64,000 nt of DNA from an uncultured Desulfovibrionaceae bacterium (GCA_964581355.1 CAZOOA010000004.1:17591-81590); one strand, 5' to 3'. Shown: positions 53,875-64,000, numbered from the stretch's first letter. Numbers and translations: made by a program. The notes: a model not told the origin generated them from the letters alone.

Positions 53875-55413
53875 TTACTTTGCATATTCTACGGATCTGG
53901 TTTCCCTAATCACTGTCACTTTAATCTGGCCGGGATACTCTAATTCATTTTCTATTTTTTTAACGATATCACGGGCAACCCGGTTGGCTGTCAGGTCATC
54001 AATTTTATCAGGTTTAACCATAATCCTGATCTCTCTTCCTGCCTGGATGGCGAAAGCTTTGTCTACACCATCGAAAGAATCCGCAATTTCTTCCAGTTTC
54101 TCCAACCTCTTGATGTAAGCTTCCAGCGTTTCCCTTCTGGCCCCAGGCCTTGCAGCGGAAATTGCGTCAGAGGCTTGAATCAGGACTGCTTCCATGGTTT
54201 GAGGTTCTACATCGCCGTGGTGGGCTGCTATGGCATTTGTTACTTCAGGCGACTCTCGATGTTTCTTGGCCAGCTCTGCACCGTTAAACACATGAGGGCC
54301 TTCTGTTTCCTGGTCCAAGGCTTTGCCAATATCATGGAGCAATCCTGACCGCTTGGCCATTTTCACATCAAGGCCCAATTCGGATGCCATGATTCCGGCC
54401 AGGTGGGCCACTTCAATGGAATGCTTGAGAACATTTTGTCCATAACTGGTGCGGAATTTTAGGCGGCCCAGCATACGTACCAATTCAGAGTGAAGCCCGT
54501 GTACCCCTACTTCAAAGGCTGCCTGTTCGCCTTCTTCACGAATTAAGACCTCTACTTCCTGGGTTGCTTTTTCCACCATTTCCTCGATTCTCGCCGGGTG
54601 GATTCTACCATCCACTATGAGCTTTTCCAGGGCCAGGCGGGCAATTTCTCTGCGGATGGGATCAAATCCTGATAAAATAACGGCTTCAGGTGTATCGTCA
54701 ATGATCAAGTCAATTCCTGTCAGTGTCTCCAGGGTCCTGATGTTTCTACCTTCACGGCCGATAATCCGGCCTTTCATTTCATCGTTAGGCAGGTTTACAA
54801 CAGATACGGTTGATTCAGACACGTGGTCTGCTGCACAACGCTGTATGGCCTGTGTGATAATATCCCTGGCTTTTCGTTCCCCTTCCTCCTTGGCCCGCTG
54901 CTCAACATCCTTAATCATTTGGGCGATCTCATGTTGAATTTCATCTTCCACCCTCTTTAGGATGATATCTTTGGCATCTTCCGTAGAAAGACCAGAAATT
55001 CGTTCCAGCTCAGCCAACTGTTCGTTCAAGGTGTCATTCAGTTTCTTCTGGATGTTTTGGGTTTCTTCTTCCCGTTTCTTTAGTTCATCTTCTTTCTTTT
55101 CCAGGTAGGCAGTTTTCTTATCAACTGCTTCTTCTTTTTGTTGAATCCGACGGTCCAGACGCTGTAGTTCGGAGCGTCTCTCTTTAATTTCTTTTTCCAA
55201 TTCGTTTCTTAAGCGGTGGACCTCTTCTTTGGCTTCAATTATTTTTTCTTTTTTTAACGACTGGGCTTTTTCCTCAGCGTCCTCAACAACTTTTTTGGCC
55301 GCATCCTCGGCCGAGGCAATTTTTGCTTCAGCAAAATACTTGCGAATAAAATACCCAGCGCCCAAACCGATTAGTATTCCAATAATTCCTATAATAATTG
55401 TTAACGCTTCCAA
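53875..55413 (-). CDS. rny: Ribonuclease Y
   Basis: An N-terminal TM helix reads [16 protein letters not shown]. It is followed by a long coiled-coil, a KH domain ([12 protein letters not shown]) and an HD domain ([13 protein letters not shown]...GLLHDIGK). Confidence 0.92.
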   Translation of the reverse strand: MEALTIIIGIIGILIGLGAGYFIRKYFAEAKIASAEDAAKKVVEDAEEKAQSLKKEKIIEAKEEVHRLRNELEKEIKERRSELQRLDRRIQQKEEAVDKKTAYLEKKEDELKKREEETQNIQKKLNDTLNEQLAELERISGLSTEDAKDIILKRVEDEIQHEIAQMIKDVEQRAKEEGERKARDIITQAIQRCAADHVSESTVSVVNLPNDEMKGRIIGREGRNIRTLETLTGIDLIIDDTPEAVILSGFDPIRREIARLALEKLIVDGRIHPARIEEMVEKATQEVEVLIREEGEQAAFEVGVHGLHSELVRMLGRLKFRTSYGQNVLKHSIEVAHLAGIMASELGLDVKMAKRSGLLHDIGKALDQETEGPHVFNGAELAKKHRESPEVTNAIAAHHGDVEPQTMEAVLIQASDAISAARPGARRETLEAYIKRLEKLEEIADSFDGVDKAFAIQAGREIRIMVKPDKIDDLTANRVARDIVKKIENELEYPGQIKVTVIRETRSVEYAK

Positions 55414-55461
55414 CCTGTAATCTTCACCTCCTGATGTTTAGTTATGGTTGCTGCTTTGTTG

Positions 55462-55498
55462 ATAAACAAACAAAAATAAGCTGTGAGCTCACAGCTTA
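55462..55498 (-). terminator. Perfect 20-bp palindrome with a U-tract (minus strand) in the recA-rny spacer
   Basis: On the minus strand AAGCTGTGAGCTCACAGCTT is followed by UAUUUUUGUUUGUUU. It lies about 330 nt past the recA stop. Confidence 0.45.
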
Positions 55499-55829
55499 AA
55501 ATAGAAATGCCCATAACAAACCCAAAAACATACGTTTGGGTTTCAAATTTTGAATTTATAATTAAAGCCATACTCCTCAAGCCCAATTTTTATGGCCAAT
55601 ATAAAATCATCTACAAAATGGTCACATCTATTATAAGCAGAATGCCTCACATTTTACTAATTCTTACTTTTTACTCTTTAATTTTATCCTTTTAATTAGT
55701 TTATGTCAAGTGATAAAAATTTTACGGTCACCCTGTTACGAGACCCAATGGATGTCACAACGAAATCTTGCAAATCAAATACCAAGCTATTCCCTGGACC
55801 CGTTTTGCGGGCCAGATAATTTTCATTTC

Positions 55830-56891
55830 CTATTCCACTTTTTCCTCCTGAGTTCCTTCAGTTTGCTGTTCTTTCTGATTGTTTTCCGCTTTGGAGTTCC
55901 GGGTATTTTCCGGTAGATCAAAGCGGGAACGCAGCTGGGCTTCAAGTTCATTTTTCATATCCTGGTTTTCCTTTAAAAACTCGCGGACATTTTCTCGCCC
56001 CTGGCCCAACCTTTCATCTCCATAAGAATACCATGCCCCGCTCTTTTTGACGATATCCAGTTCCAGCGCCATATCCAGGATACAGCCTTCATTAGAAATA
56101 CCCTGGCCGTAGATAATATCGAAATCAGCCTGCCTAAAAGGAGGCGCCACTTTGTTTTTGACAACTTTCGCCCGGGTGCGGTTGCCAATTACCTCGTTGC
56201 CCTGCTTCAAGGCTTCCATCCTGCGAATATCCAACCGAACGGACGCATAAAATTTCAACGCCCTGCCACCGGGGGTTGTTTCCGGGTTACCAAACATTAC
56301 CCCTACTTTTTCCCTCATCTGGTTGATAAATATGGCTGAAGTGTGGGATTTACTGATAGCACCGGAGAGTTTCCTCATGGCCTGGGACATTAACCTGGCC
56401 TGGAGCCCCACATGAGAGTCTCCCATTTCCCCCTCAATTTCGGCGCGGGGAACCAGGGCTGCCACCGAGTCTACAACCAGAATATCAATGGCCCCGCTTC
56501 TAACCAGTGCTTCCGCTATTTCCAGCGCCTGCTCCCCCGTATCCGGTTGGGAAACCAATAGTTCATCCACATTGACACCCAGGTTCCTGGCGTAAACCGG
56601 GTCCAGTGCATGTTCAGCATCGATAAATGCAGCATAACCCCCATTTTTCTGCGCTTCTGCGACGGCATGCAAAGCGACCGTAGTCTTGCCTGATGATTCA
56701 GGCCCAAACACTTCTATTACACGTCCCCTGGGAAGGCCACCCACTCCCAGGGCAATATCCAGAGGCAAGGCCCCTGTGGGTATAACAGCTATATTGGCCT
56801 TGGTGTCTGAGCCCAACTTCATAATGGACCCTTTGCCAAACTGTTTTTCTATTTGAAGCAGTGCAACATCCAGCGCCTTTTTTTTCTCCAT
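55830..56891 (-). CDS. recA: Recombinase RecA
   Basis: Walker A is GPESSGKTT. The central block reads [11 protein letters not shown]...[22 protein letters not shown]. Total length is 353 aa. Confidence 0.97.
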   Translation of the reverse strand: MEKKKALDVALLQIEKQFGKGSIMKLGSDTKANIAVIPTGALPLDIALGVGGLPRGRVIEVFGPESSGKTTVALHAVAEAQKNGGYAAFIDAEHALDPVYARNLGVNVDELLVSQPDTGEQALEIAEALVRSGAIDILVVDSVAALVPRAEIEGEMGDSHVGLQARLMSQAMRKLSGAISKSHTSAIFINQMREKVGVMFGNPETTPGGRALKFYASVRLDIRRMEALKQGNEVIGNRTRAKVVKNKVAPPFRQADFDIIYGQGISNEGCILDMALELDIVKKSGAWYSYGDERLGQGRENVREFLKENQDMKNELEAQLRSRFDLPENTRNSKAENNQKEQQTEGTQEEKVE

Positions 56892-57009
56892 AATCTTCCA
56901 ACTCCTCCTTGTGAATTAAATTTAATGGTTTTTATTCTTAGAATTAGAACGCTTGTTTGTTCATCGTATTATATTAATTCTTGATCAACTCAAAAATTCC
57001 TGCTTCGAG

Positions 57010-57576
57010 TCAGCTTTTTAAAAAAAATTCTTTGACCGGCTGATAAACTGGACCTGAAGCGTGCAGTGTGCTCTTCATTAAAAAAAAACGGTCAATATAC
57101 TGCCAGTTTGCACAGGAAATATTTTCTGAAAACACTCCTCTATCCATGGCTAAGGGTTCATTTTTTTTGCGACGAGCCAGGGTTAAGTGAGGCTGAAAAC
57201 GTTTTTCCTTTTTCACTTGAAAAGGGAGTTTGTTTTGAATAAACGCATGAATTTTCCTCAATTCTTCTGCTCCTTGATCAACCCCCAGCCATAAAACCCG
57301 GGGATTTTTTTCACCGGGGAAGGCTCCAATCCCCTGGAAAGAAATATAAAAAGGTTGCAACTTGTGGGGTGGGGGTTGCAGAGCTGTTTCCAGTTCAAGG
57401 ACCTGGCTGTCAGTTATTTCACCTAAAAACTTGAGCGTGATATGCATTCTTTCTGGATTCACCCAGCGAAACCCTTCTATTTTTTTTAATTGGTTCTGTA
57501 TCCAACCAACTTCCTGGCGCAGTTTTTCATCCAGGTTCACTGATAAAAAAGCCCTCAAAAGAAGTCCTCCTTCCAT
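57010..57576 (-). CDS. thpR: RNA 2',3'-cyclic phosphodiesterase (ThpR/LigT 2H family)
   Basis: Two H-x-T/S-x motifs are present, HITLKF and HLTLAR. Total length is 188 aa. Confidence 0.8.
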   Translation of the reverse strand: MEGGLLLRAFLSVNLDEKLRQEVGWIQNQLKKIEGFRWVNPERMHITLKFLGEITDSQVLELETALQPPPHKLQPFYISFQGIGAFPGEKNPRVLWLGVDQGAEELRKIHAFIQNKLPFQVKKEKRFQPHLTLARRKKNEPLAMDRGVFSENISCANWQYIDRFFLMKSTLHASGPVYQPVKEFFLKS

Positions 57577-57623
57577 ACCTTCCCTTCATCTTACCAGATT
57601 GAACATCCTTTCTGCAATCCAGT

Positions 57624-59000
57624 TTATTCCTGGAATTGATGGCGTTCAAAACGATATGATAAAGGGAAATGACTGATACTAATATAATCAGCCACCTGTA
57701 GAGTCATTTTATTATTGTTTTCTTCTGGCTGAAGCTGCAGTAAAAACAAGCTGAAATCAATTTTTTTGTTTTGGATGCCCCGAATCCCGGAAGCCCCTGT
57801 AGTTCCAGCATTTATTTCCACGTAATTTTCTTGCTTTTCGATATACGCTCTATGAACGTGGCCGGAAAGTAATAGACGGTTTTTGCTTTTGACGTATCGC
57901 AGCAATTTAGAATTGTGGACTGCAATAATATCTATATCCTTTCTGTTTTTTACCATTCGCTCCAATTTTCGGGCATATTGCTCCAATTCTTTTTCAGTCG
58001 CAGACATTTGAGTTGAGGCAGAAGCAGGGTCAGCAATCCCTGCGATGGTTACTCCAGCAATTTCTATAACATCCTTCTCCAGGACAATCACGTTGCTATC
58101 ACTGTGTTTTAAAAAATCAATAACCGCAGGAGATTCATGGTTGCCCGGCACAAAGACATAAGGAAGCTCGAGCTTTTTAATGCTGTTTAACATGTGCTCC
58201 GCTTCTAAAACAGTCCCGTAGTCAACCAGATCGCCTGTATCGATGATCAGATCAGCATCTGACTGGTCGACAACTTGCTCAATAAAACGAAATGCCGCCG
58301 GGTTGTTATGAATATCGGACGCGTGCAGAATTTTGATATTTTTTGTATCAATACCAGTGTACGGGGTCATTTCTTCCTTTAAAGTGGAAATGCTTTTTAT
58401 CACTGCAGACAACTGTTCTCCTAAATCGCTTACAAACTCAAATCCATCACTGGCGATATTGGAAAGATGGGGAACTGCCTGAAGAGTCCCTTCAAATTTC
58501 CCTTCAACAAGCTGATCTGTTTGATATGAGATAAATATGGAAGACAGAAGAAAGAGAAACACCAGGCTGTTTAAACAGCCTAAATAGAGGAGATGAACTC
58601 TTCGAAATAATTGTTGTTGGAACAGCAGACTTGTACCTGCACCAACAAGAAAAGCCAGTAGAACAATTAGAGCAGAATACTGCACCAGGTTTTGTTTTAG
58701 AGGATTGCTTAGTTCACCGATATAGTCCTGCCAGGAATGAGTTTTTGCCGTTTCAGCAAAAAGGGCATCAAAGTTGATATCTTGTACATAGTGGTGGATC
58801 TCCAGGGGAGGGATATGGGTATTGGCAATATATTGGCCAAAGGGTGAAAGATGAACGATTGTTTCACCCTTACCAGAAACCACTATTTTGATTGCATATT
58901 CAAAAGGCCCGGCCGTAAAAGTAACCGGACCCATAAAATTCAGTATAATCGCCATAATAAGTGCCGCGGATAATAATTGTACATGTAAATTGGTCCGCAC
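57624..59000 (-). CDS. Membrane-anchored calcineurin-like metallophosphoesterase
   Basis: N-terminal TM segments are followed by ILHASDIHNN...DTGDLVDYG...GNHE...GHVHR. Confidence 0.7.
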   Translation of the reverse strand: MRTNLHVQLLSAALIMAIILNFMGPVTFTAGPFEYAIKIVVSGKGETIVHLSPFGQYIANTHIPPLEIHHYVQDINFDALFAETAKTHSWQDYIGELSNPLKQNLVQYSALIVLLAFLVGAGTSLLFQQQLFRRVHLLYLGCLNSLVFLFLLSSIFISYQTDQLVEGKFEGTLQAVPHLSNIASDGFEFVSDLGEQLSAVIKSISTLKEEMTPYTGIDTKNIKILHASDIHNNPAAFRFIEQVVDQSDADLIIDTGDLVDYGTVLEAEHMLNSIKKLELPYVFVPGNHESPAVIDFLKHSDSNVIVLEKDVIEIAGVTIAGIADPASASTQMSATEKELEQYARKLERMVKNRKDIDIIAVHNSKLLRYVKSKNRLLLSGHVHRAYIEKQENYVEINAGTTGASGIRGIQNKKIDFSLFLLQLQPEENNNKMTLQVADYISISHFPLSYRFERHQFQE

Positions 59001-59112
59001 CGGACTTCATCCCCTACTCAAACCTATAATTATCCTGGTCAAAGAACTCAACAGAAAGAAATAATAACAGTTTCATGCTGCCCTTTTGTCCTGCTTCCAT
59101 GCTCCCATAGGG

Positions 59113-60600
59113 CTATACTTTTTCTTTAAGCATATCCCTTAAATACTGGCCACTGATTCTTTCTTTTTGCAGCAGGTATTCGGATACATCTAGAATGGTT
59201 TCCTTGTATTTAAGCACCAGTTCCCTTACCCTTGACTCCTGTTCGTTCATTATTTCTTTTATGCTTTCGTGCAAAATGTTGCCAGGAAGATCTTTTATGC
59301 TGACTATCCCCAGTGAAGACATGCCGGAATCAATGATTCTTTTAGCCAGGTTTACAGCTTGTTGGAAATCATCTGCCGCGCCGGTGCTTCGGTTGCCCAG
59401 TATCTCTTCCTCTGTGATTGCCCCACCCAACAAGATGGCAATCTGTCCATCGATATGCTCCCGGGTATGGATATAGGTATCTTTTTCTGGAAGCTGCCTG
59501 ATATAGCCCATGGCTTTGCCCCGGGGAATAATTGTAATGGTCGAGATGGAGTGGGGGCGAATGCATTCACTGACCAGCGCATGCCCCGTTTCATGAAGTG
59601 CTATTCGCCTGTACTCTTCTTTTCCTGGACTTCGTTCAATTTTTTCTCCCAGGATTACTTTATCAATGGCTTCACTAAAATGTTTTTTGGTCAGGTTGCT
59701 GGACTTTTCGCGCAGTGCAGATATAGCTGCTTCATTGGTCAAGTTCTCCAGGTGGGCTCCTGAAAAACCAAAGGTTTCTGAGGCAGTCTCCCGTAAATCA
59801 ACGGAAGGATCCAGGGGTTTATTTTTGGCATGGAGTGTGAGAATCTGCAATCTGCCTTCCAGGTCGGGAAGGTCCACCTGGACAATACGGTCAAAGCGTC
59901 CCGGCCTTAGAAGGGCATCATCCAGCAGGTCAGCCCTGTTAGTTGCACCAATCAACAGTATATGCACCTGCTCATTTACACCCAGGCCGTCCATTTCCAC
60001 CAGGAGTTGGTTCACCGTTTGTTCCATTTCTTTATGTGAAGTGTTGGAATTACCCCTTTTACCGCCTAAAATATCGATTTCATCAATAAAAACGATCGCG
60101 CTGTTTTTCCCGTTTTTCCTGGCAGTTGTCTTGGCCTGGTTGAACAACTGTCTTACCCTTTGTGCTCCAACTCCTGCATACATTTCCACAAACTCGCTGC
60201 CCGCTGCAGATATAAACTCGGAGTCGGTATAAGAAGCAGCAGCTTTAGCCAGTAGCGTCTTCCCTGTGCCAGGTGGTCCCGATAATAAAATCCCTTTAAT
60301 AGGCCGAATGCCCAGCTTTTGGATGATTTGCGGTTTTTTTATAAAATCCAGTGATTCCAGCAACTCTCGTTTCGCCGTTGCCTGTCCCCCGACATCCTCA
60401 AAAGAAATGTTTGTCCCTGCTTTTTCACTGCTGATCTTATTGGGGACAAATTGTTTTACACCTCCACGCAAATCAATCATTTTATAAAGAAAGAAAAACA
60501 ACCCTATCAATAACAAAACCGGGTAAATATTATATCCTGCCCAAATTAGTCCTACTACTACCCCCAGCGTAATGCCGGTAGCTACTTCTTTTATCATCAT
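59113..60600 (-). CDS. FtsH-like AAA+ zinc metalloprotease paralog (short form, no periplasmic domain)
   Basis: The N-terminal TM is followed by the AAA module (GILLSGPPGTGKTLLAKA, Walker B IVFIDEIDIL). The zinc motif HETGHAL is present. Total length is 495 aa. Confidence 0.8.
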   Translation of the reverse strand: MMIKEVATGITLGVVVGLIWAGYNIYPVLLLIGLFFFLYKMIDLRGGVKQFVPNKISSEKAGTNISFEDVGGQATAKRELLESLDFIKKPQIIQKLGIRPIKGILLSGPPGTGKTLLAKAAASYTDSEFISAAGSEFVEMYAGVGAQRVRQLFNQAKTTARKNGKNSAIVFIDEIDILGGKRGNSNTSHKEMEQTVNQLLVEMDGLGVNEQVHILLIGATNRADLLDDALLRPGRFDRIVQVDLPDLEGRLQILTLHAKNKPLDPSVDLRETASETFGFSGAHLENLTNEAAISALREKSSNLTKKHFSEAIDKVILGEKIERSPGKEEYRRIALHETGHALVSECIRPHSISTITIIPRGKAMGYIRQLPEKDTYIHTREHIDGQIAILLGGAITEEEILGNRSTGAADDFQQAVNLAKRIIDSGMSSLGIVSIKDLPGNILHESIKEIMNEQESRVRELVLKYKETILDVSEYLLQKERISGQYLRDMLKEKV

Positions 60601-60703
60601 CTACCCTCCAGGGTAAGTCGGAAATACTATTTTAGCTCTTAAAAAGTTCCCATGTGTCTCAAAATGGAAAAATCCTTTATTGTAGCTCGTAACAGCCCGA
60701 GTG

Positions 60704-61261
60704 TTAACAGGCACTTTCCGTGCGGATAATTGGTATAACGAGATGCATTACCTCTTCCTTTGATTCCAACTGAAAATAAATATACTGCTGGTCTACCCAG
60801 AGATCATAAGATAATACCCGATCATCTTCTGTTAACATGGAAATCAGCGCTTCATACATACGGCTATAACTACCTGTCCTTTCACCCTCATAAAGGTGGT
60901 AATGGATTTCTTGATAAGCATGCTTCATCTCTTTTGTTTTCCAGTTGCTGCTCAAATAAAGCCTGTAATTGCCTTTACCAAGAACTGAAGAGAGTGAATT
61001 GTCCAGTTGGTTGTACGTTTCCGGCAAATTTTCCACCTTGGCCAGGTTAACACTGATAGCGTGGACTTTCCCTTCTTCTGGACAAGTCTTTTTACCCATC
61101 TCTACATTGACTACCCCCTCTATTTCTCCCAGGGTTTCCAGCAGGGGGGACTGGATCAGGTGTTGCTGGCGCCAAGCATAAAGGCCATACAGACCGGCCA
61201 AAGTAAGAGTCAATGCAACCAGCATTACTGTCCACTTAAAGTTAGTTAACATAATTATCAT
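60704..61261 (-). CDS. Hypothetical membrane-anchored protein (185 aa)
   Basis: It has one N-terminal TM helix. No motif was recognised. Confidence 0.45.
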   Translation of the reverse strand: MIIMLTNFKWTVMLVALTLTLAGLYGLYAWRQQHLIQSPLLETLGEIEGVVNVEMGKKTCPEEGKVHAISVNLAKVENLPETYNQLDNSLSSVLGKGNYRLYLSSNWKTKEMKHAYQEIHYHLYEGERTGSYSRMYEALISMLTEDDRVLSYDLWVDQQYIYFQLESKEEVMHLVIPIIRTESAC

Positions 61262-61346
61262 CCTGCCTGCAACTAGAATACTTTCATATCATACATGCTT
61301 TGTTTACATAACGCCACTATAGGGATTATAACAAACTCCCTGCTTT

Positions 61347-61390
61347 AAAACAATAAAAAACCCTTTCCTCTTTTTATGAAAGGGTTTGGT
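61347..61390 (-). terminator. Rho-independent terminator after pgsA
   Basis: AACCCTTTC-N11-GAAAGGGTT is followed on the minus strand by UUUUUUAUUGUUUU. Confidence 0.65.
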
Positions 61391-61485
61391 AATAATATCC
61401 TGCCAGGATTTTGCGCTGCTCCACTCTATGATAGCCCCATCTTCCAATAAAAACCGTTTTGGTTTAGGAAAGCTTCGACATATTA

Positions 61486-62073
61486 TTACCGGATTTTGAT
61501 CAAATTTTTATTCTGGTAGAAATAGTAAAACCCGGAGATAACCGTTAATATAACAGCAATTAACAGGGAAGAATAAGCAATAACTGAGGCTGGGTAAACA
61601 TCAATTAAAACTCTTAACCAGTTTGCTCCCGGATAAATGTCAGCTTTTAAGGCCATTTCTATAATAATTGCAACAATCATGACTATCTGGGCAACAGTCT
61701 TTAGTTTGCCCCACTTGTTTGCTGTCAGAACAACTCCTTCTGCTGCAGCAATCAGGCGCAGTCCTGTAACTGCAAATTCCCGCCCAATAATTAAAAAGGC
61801 GATCCAGGGGCTTAGGGTGCCTAATGCTACCAGTGAAATCATAGCTGCAGTAATCAACAACTTGTCCGCCAAGGGGTCCATCAACTTCCCCAGGCGGGTC
61901 ACGTCCTTATTCTTGCGGGCAATATAACCGTCCAGGCTATCAGTAAGAGCCGCAAAGACGAAAATCAAAGCAGCCCATATTTCACCGTACGGAATAACCC
62001 GCACCAGCAAAAAAACCATAAAAACGGGAACAAGCACAATTCGAAACAAGGTAATTTTATTTGCCAGGTTCAT
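61486..62073 (-). CDS. pgsA: CDP-diacylglycerol--glycerol-3-phosphate 3-phosphatidyltransferase
   Basis: The CDP-alcohol phosphatidyltransferase motif is DSLDGYIARK...G...DPLADK. Total length is 195 aa. Confidence 0.9.
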   Translation of the reverse strand: MNLANKITLFRIVLVPVFMVFLLVRVIPYGEIWAALIFVFAALTDSLDGYIARKNKDVTRLGKLMDPLADKLLITAAMISLVALGTLSPWIAFLIIGREFAVTGLRLIAAAEGVVLTANKWGKLKTVAQIVMIVAIIIEMALKADIYPGANWLRVLIDVYPASVIAYSSLLIAVILTVISGFYYFYQNKNLIKIR

Positions 62074-63404
62074 ACCGTAATCTCCCCAATAAAATCATAA
62101 GACCCAATCCCTGTAATCGTAACCGGGATAAAATCTCCAGGCCTGACCCTACCCTTACTCTTGATAATAACTTTACCATCCACCTCTGGAGCTTGCGAGT
62201 AAAGCCGGCCATAGGCTTTCTTTTGTCCATTGTTACAGGAATCAACTAGAACAGGAAAGGTTTTACCCAGCGATTGCCTGTTTAAGGACTTGGAAATGGC
62301 CTTCTGCTGCTGCATTATTTTGTCAAGCCGCATTTCGGAAACTGCCTTGCTGACCCTGGGAAAGTGCTGAAAGGAGCGGGTACCCCTTTCCGGAGAGAAG
62401 ACAAAACCTCCCAGCCTGTCGAAGGGATGCTGACACAAAAAATCCAGCAGGTCATTAAAATCCTGTTCACTTTCTCCCGGATAACCTGTCATAACAGTTG
62501 TCCGTAAAGCCATCCCCGGGACTCCCTCCCGCAGACGATGATACGTCCTGCTCAAATCCTCCCGCGTTAACTTCCTGCCCATTAAGCGTAAGATCTTGCT
62601 GTTGCTATGCTGTATCGGCATGTCAAGATAGCTACATAGAACCGGTTCTTTCGCCATCAGGTTGATGATCTCATCACTAATGCGTGCCGGATGGGCATAA
62701 AGAAGGCGAACCCAACGGATTGTGGTGAGCGAAGCGAGCAGGTGCTTCAAAAGCCCTGGCAGAGACGGTGCCCCATATAAGTCGGAACCGTATAGGGTAA
62801 TATCCTGGCCGATAAGATTAATTTCCCGGGCACCTAATTTTTCCACAGCTTGAATTTCGGAAATAATATCTTCCATGGACCTGCTCCGGAGAGGACCACG
62901 GATAGAGGGAATTAAACAGTAATTACAATGATTGGCACACCCATCTGCAATCTTTATGTTCACACTATGGGGATTTGTGGTTAAAAAACGCCGGAGACCT
63001 CTTTGAAACTCATCGGGATTTCCTTTTTGAACGGGAGAGGAGGCAATTTTTCCGATTAGCTCCGGGATTTTATGCATCCTATCGACGGGAACAGTCAGAT
63101 CAACATCCGGGAGTTCAAGCCGACCTCTACCAAACTCCTTGATATACTGGGCCAAGCATCCTATTACAACCACTTTATTCATTTTGTTGCTTTTAATTTT
63201 TTTGGCTCTGGTAAACTGTTTAATTGTCTCCAGCGCTTCCTTCCGGGCTTCCCTGAGAAAAGCACAAGTATTAATAATCACAAAATCTGGATTATTTTGC
63301 TCCGGTATAAGTTGAAATCCCCGGCCGATAAGTTCACCAATGATATTTTCTGAATCAATCCGGTTTTTTTCGCATCCCAAGGATACAAAGCTAAATTCTT
63401 TCAT
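62070..63404 (-). CDS. rimO: Ribosomal protein S12 methylthiotransferase RimO (radical SAM MiaB-like)
   Basis: The UPF0004 N-terminal domain reads SLGCEKN..INTCAF. The radical SAM motif is CANHCNYC. There is a TRAM domain. Total length is 444 aa. Confidence 0.9.
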   Translation of the reverse strand: MKEFSFVSLGCEKNRIDSENIIGELIGRGFQLIPEQNNPDFVIINTCAFLREARKEALETIKQFTRAKKIKSNKMNKVVVIGCLAQYIKEFGRGRLELPDVDLTVPVDRMHKIPELIGKIASSPVQKGNPDEFQRGLRRFLTTNPHSVNIKIADGCANHCNYCLIPSIRGPLRSRSMEDIISEIQAVEKLGAREINLIGQDITLYGSDLYGAPSLPGLLKHLLASLTTIRWVRLLYAHPARISDEIINLMAKEPVLCSYLDMPIQHSNSKILRLMGRKLTREDLSRTYHRLREGVPGMALRTTVMTGYPGESEQDFNDLLDFLCQHPFDRLGGFVFSPERGTRSFQHFPRVSKAVSEMRLDKIMQQQKAISKSLNRQSLGKTFPVLVDSCNNGQKKAYGRLYSQAPEVDGKVIIKSKGRVRPGDFIPVTITGIGSYDFIGEITV

Positions 63405-63475
63405 TAATTGTTCCTTCTGCTTTTTACCATATTTTTAAGTATATTATATCGCAATGGACTGTGTCAAAACCCAAA

Positions 63476-64000
63476 TTAATTTGTTTCAAGAACAACATAT
63501 ACGGGAGAACCGAGATCTTTGATGCTTTCGACTTCCATTCCATTTACGGTAATGCGAGCTCCTGCAGGATAGCCCAGCCTTATCCTGGTTTTGCTGCCAT
63601 CACCGATACTTAGTGTCTCTCCCGGGCCAAAATTTTTTTCTTCAATTTTTTGGTCGTCTTGAAAAACCTGGACCCAGCACCTGGATGAAAATTCGAATTC
63701 AATTTTTTTCTCCTCCACACCTTGCAGGGAGTAAATATGTTCTCCACCATCCTGGGAAATAAGGGTTAACTCCTTTTGGGGTTCCGTATAAATGTCGTTT
63801 TCCTCTGTCTCGTTGTCATAGTCCTCATTTTCCAGGTTGTTTTCATCCACTATGTCCAGATCTTCACCGGTTCTTTCTTCATTTTCTTCATTATCTTCGA
63901 TGATTTCATTATTATAAGGAATTGCTGTTTCCGGTCTTGAACTCTGTTGATGGTGATACCAGAAACCTCCGGCAACAATTAAACCCAACAACAGCACCCA
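63476..64000 (-). CDS. RodZ-like protein (TM plus C-terminal DUF4115-like domain). The 5' part is outside the window.
   Basis: The reading frame is still open at 64000. The TM helix is LLLGLIVAGGFWY. An acidic linker precedes a C-terminal beta-rich domain (...VQVFQDDQKIEEKNFGPGETLS...) of the kind found at RodZ C-termini. The neighbourhood (pgsA nearby) fits rodZ/ymfM. Confidence 0.5.
   Translation of the reverse strand, partial: WVLLLGLIVAGGFWYHHQQSSRPETAIPYNNEIIEDNEENEERTGEDLDIVDENNLENEDYDNETEENDIYTEPQKELTLISQDGGEHIYSLQGVEEKKIEFEFSSRCWVQVFQDDQKIEEKNFGPGETLSIGDGSKTRIRLGYPAGARITVNGMEVESIKDLGSPVYVVLETN

Noticed and set aside
55483-55695. 70-aa plus-strand ORF and 61-aa minus-strand ORF (55401-55586) in the recA-rny spacer
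   Set aside because: They are AT-rich hydrophobic read-throughs of the palindrome. The start codons overlap the hairpin. There is no SD at a proper spacing. They are more likely non-coding.

Overview
The window is a low-GC Gram-positive (Firmicutes, Clostridia-like spore-former) chromosomal segment. About 57 protein genes are supported, roughly 90 percent of them on the minus strand. From left to right: pntB-pntAB-pntAA transhydrogenase (pntB partial); a universal stress protein; an unannotated 45-aa basic protein; a MoxR AAA+/VWA(CoxE-like) pair; a partner-switching operon (a PAS-PP2C-HATPase_c fusion followed by an overlapping STAS gene); the YhaN/YhaO (SbcE/SbcF, SbcCD-like) ATPase-nuclease pair; a minimal sufC-sufB(D) pair; a secreted CuAO-N/PrcB/Gmad2 protein; a SatP (GPR1/FUN34/YaaH) channel whose signature motif lies upstream of the first ATG; an 11-kb signalling block (a second PAS-PP2C-HATPase fusion, a hybrid PAS histidine kinase/response regulator, an SLH surface protein with three internal repeats, a PAS-PP2C gene, and a CheB-CheR-PAS fusion); a transglutaminase-like protein; a FlhB-C-like small protein; trkA; a second STAS gene; an acyl-CoA ligase; capA; a 52-aa rubredoxin that the ORF track misses; gltX; a Sir2 deacetylase; a VanW protein; a Na+-pump decarboxylase membrane module (OadG-like, BCCP, OadB-like, no carboxyltransferase) directly downstream of a four-subunit 2-oxoacid:ferredoxin oxidoreductase (delta-alpha-beta-gamma); a PHP phosphoesterase; an M19 dipeptidase; and the conserved block spoVS / rny / recA / thpR / metallophosphoesterase / FtsH-like protease / pgsA / rimO / rodZ-like (partial). 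At the DNA level the most unusual signal is a family of structured palindromic intergenic repeats sharing a GCGCTTTCCCTG core. Three copies are present, with compensatory stem substitutions between two of them, a consensus DnaA box in one, and 15-bp terminal inverted repeats in the third (MITE-like). There is also a solo 54-bp arm copy overlapping the gltX stop codon, and an (AGGTTC)5 microsatellite. No CRISPR array, rRNA, tRNA, integrase or transposase was found. All calls come from reading the translations and the sequence by eye; no database search was possible.
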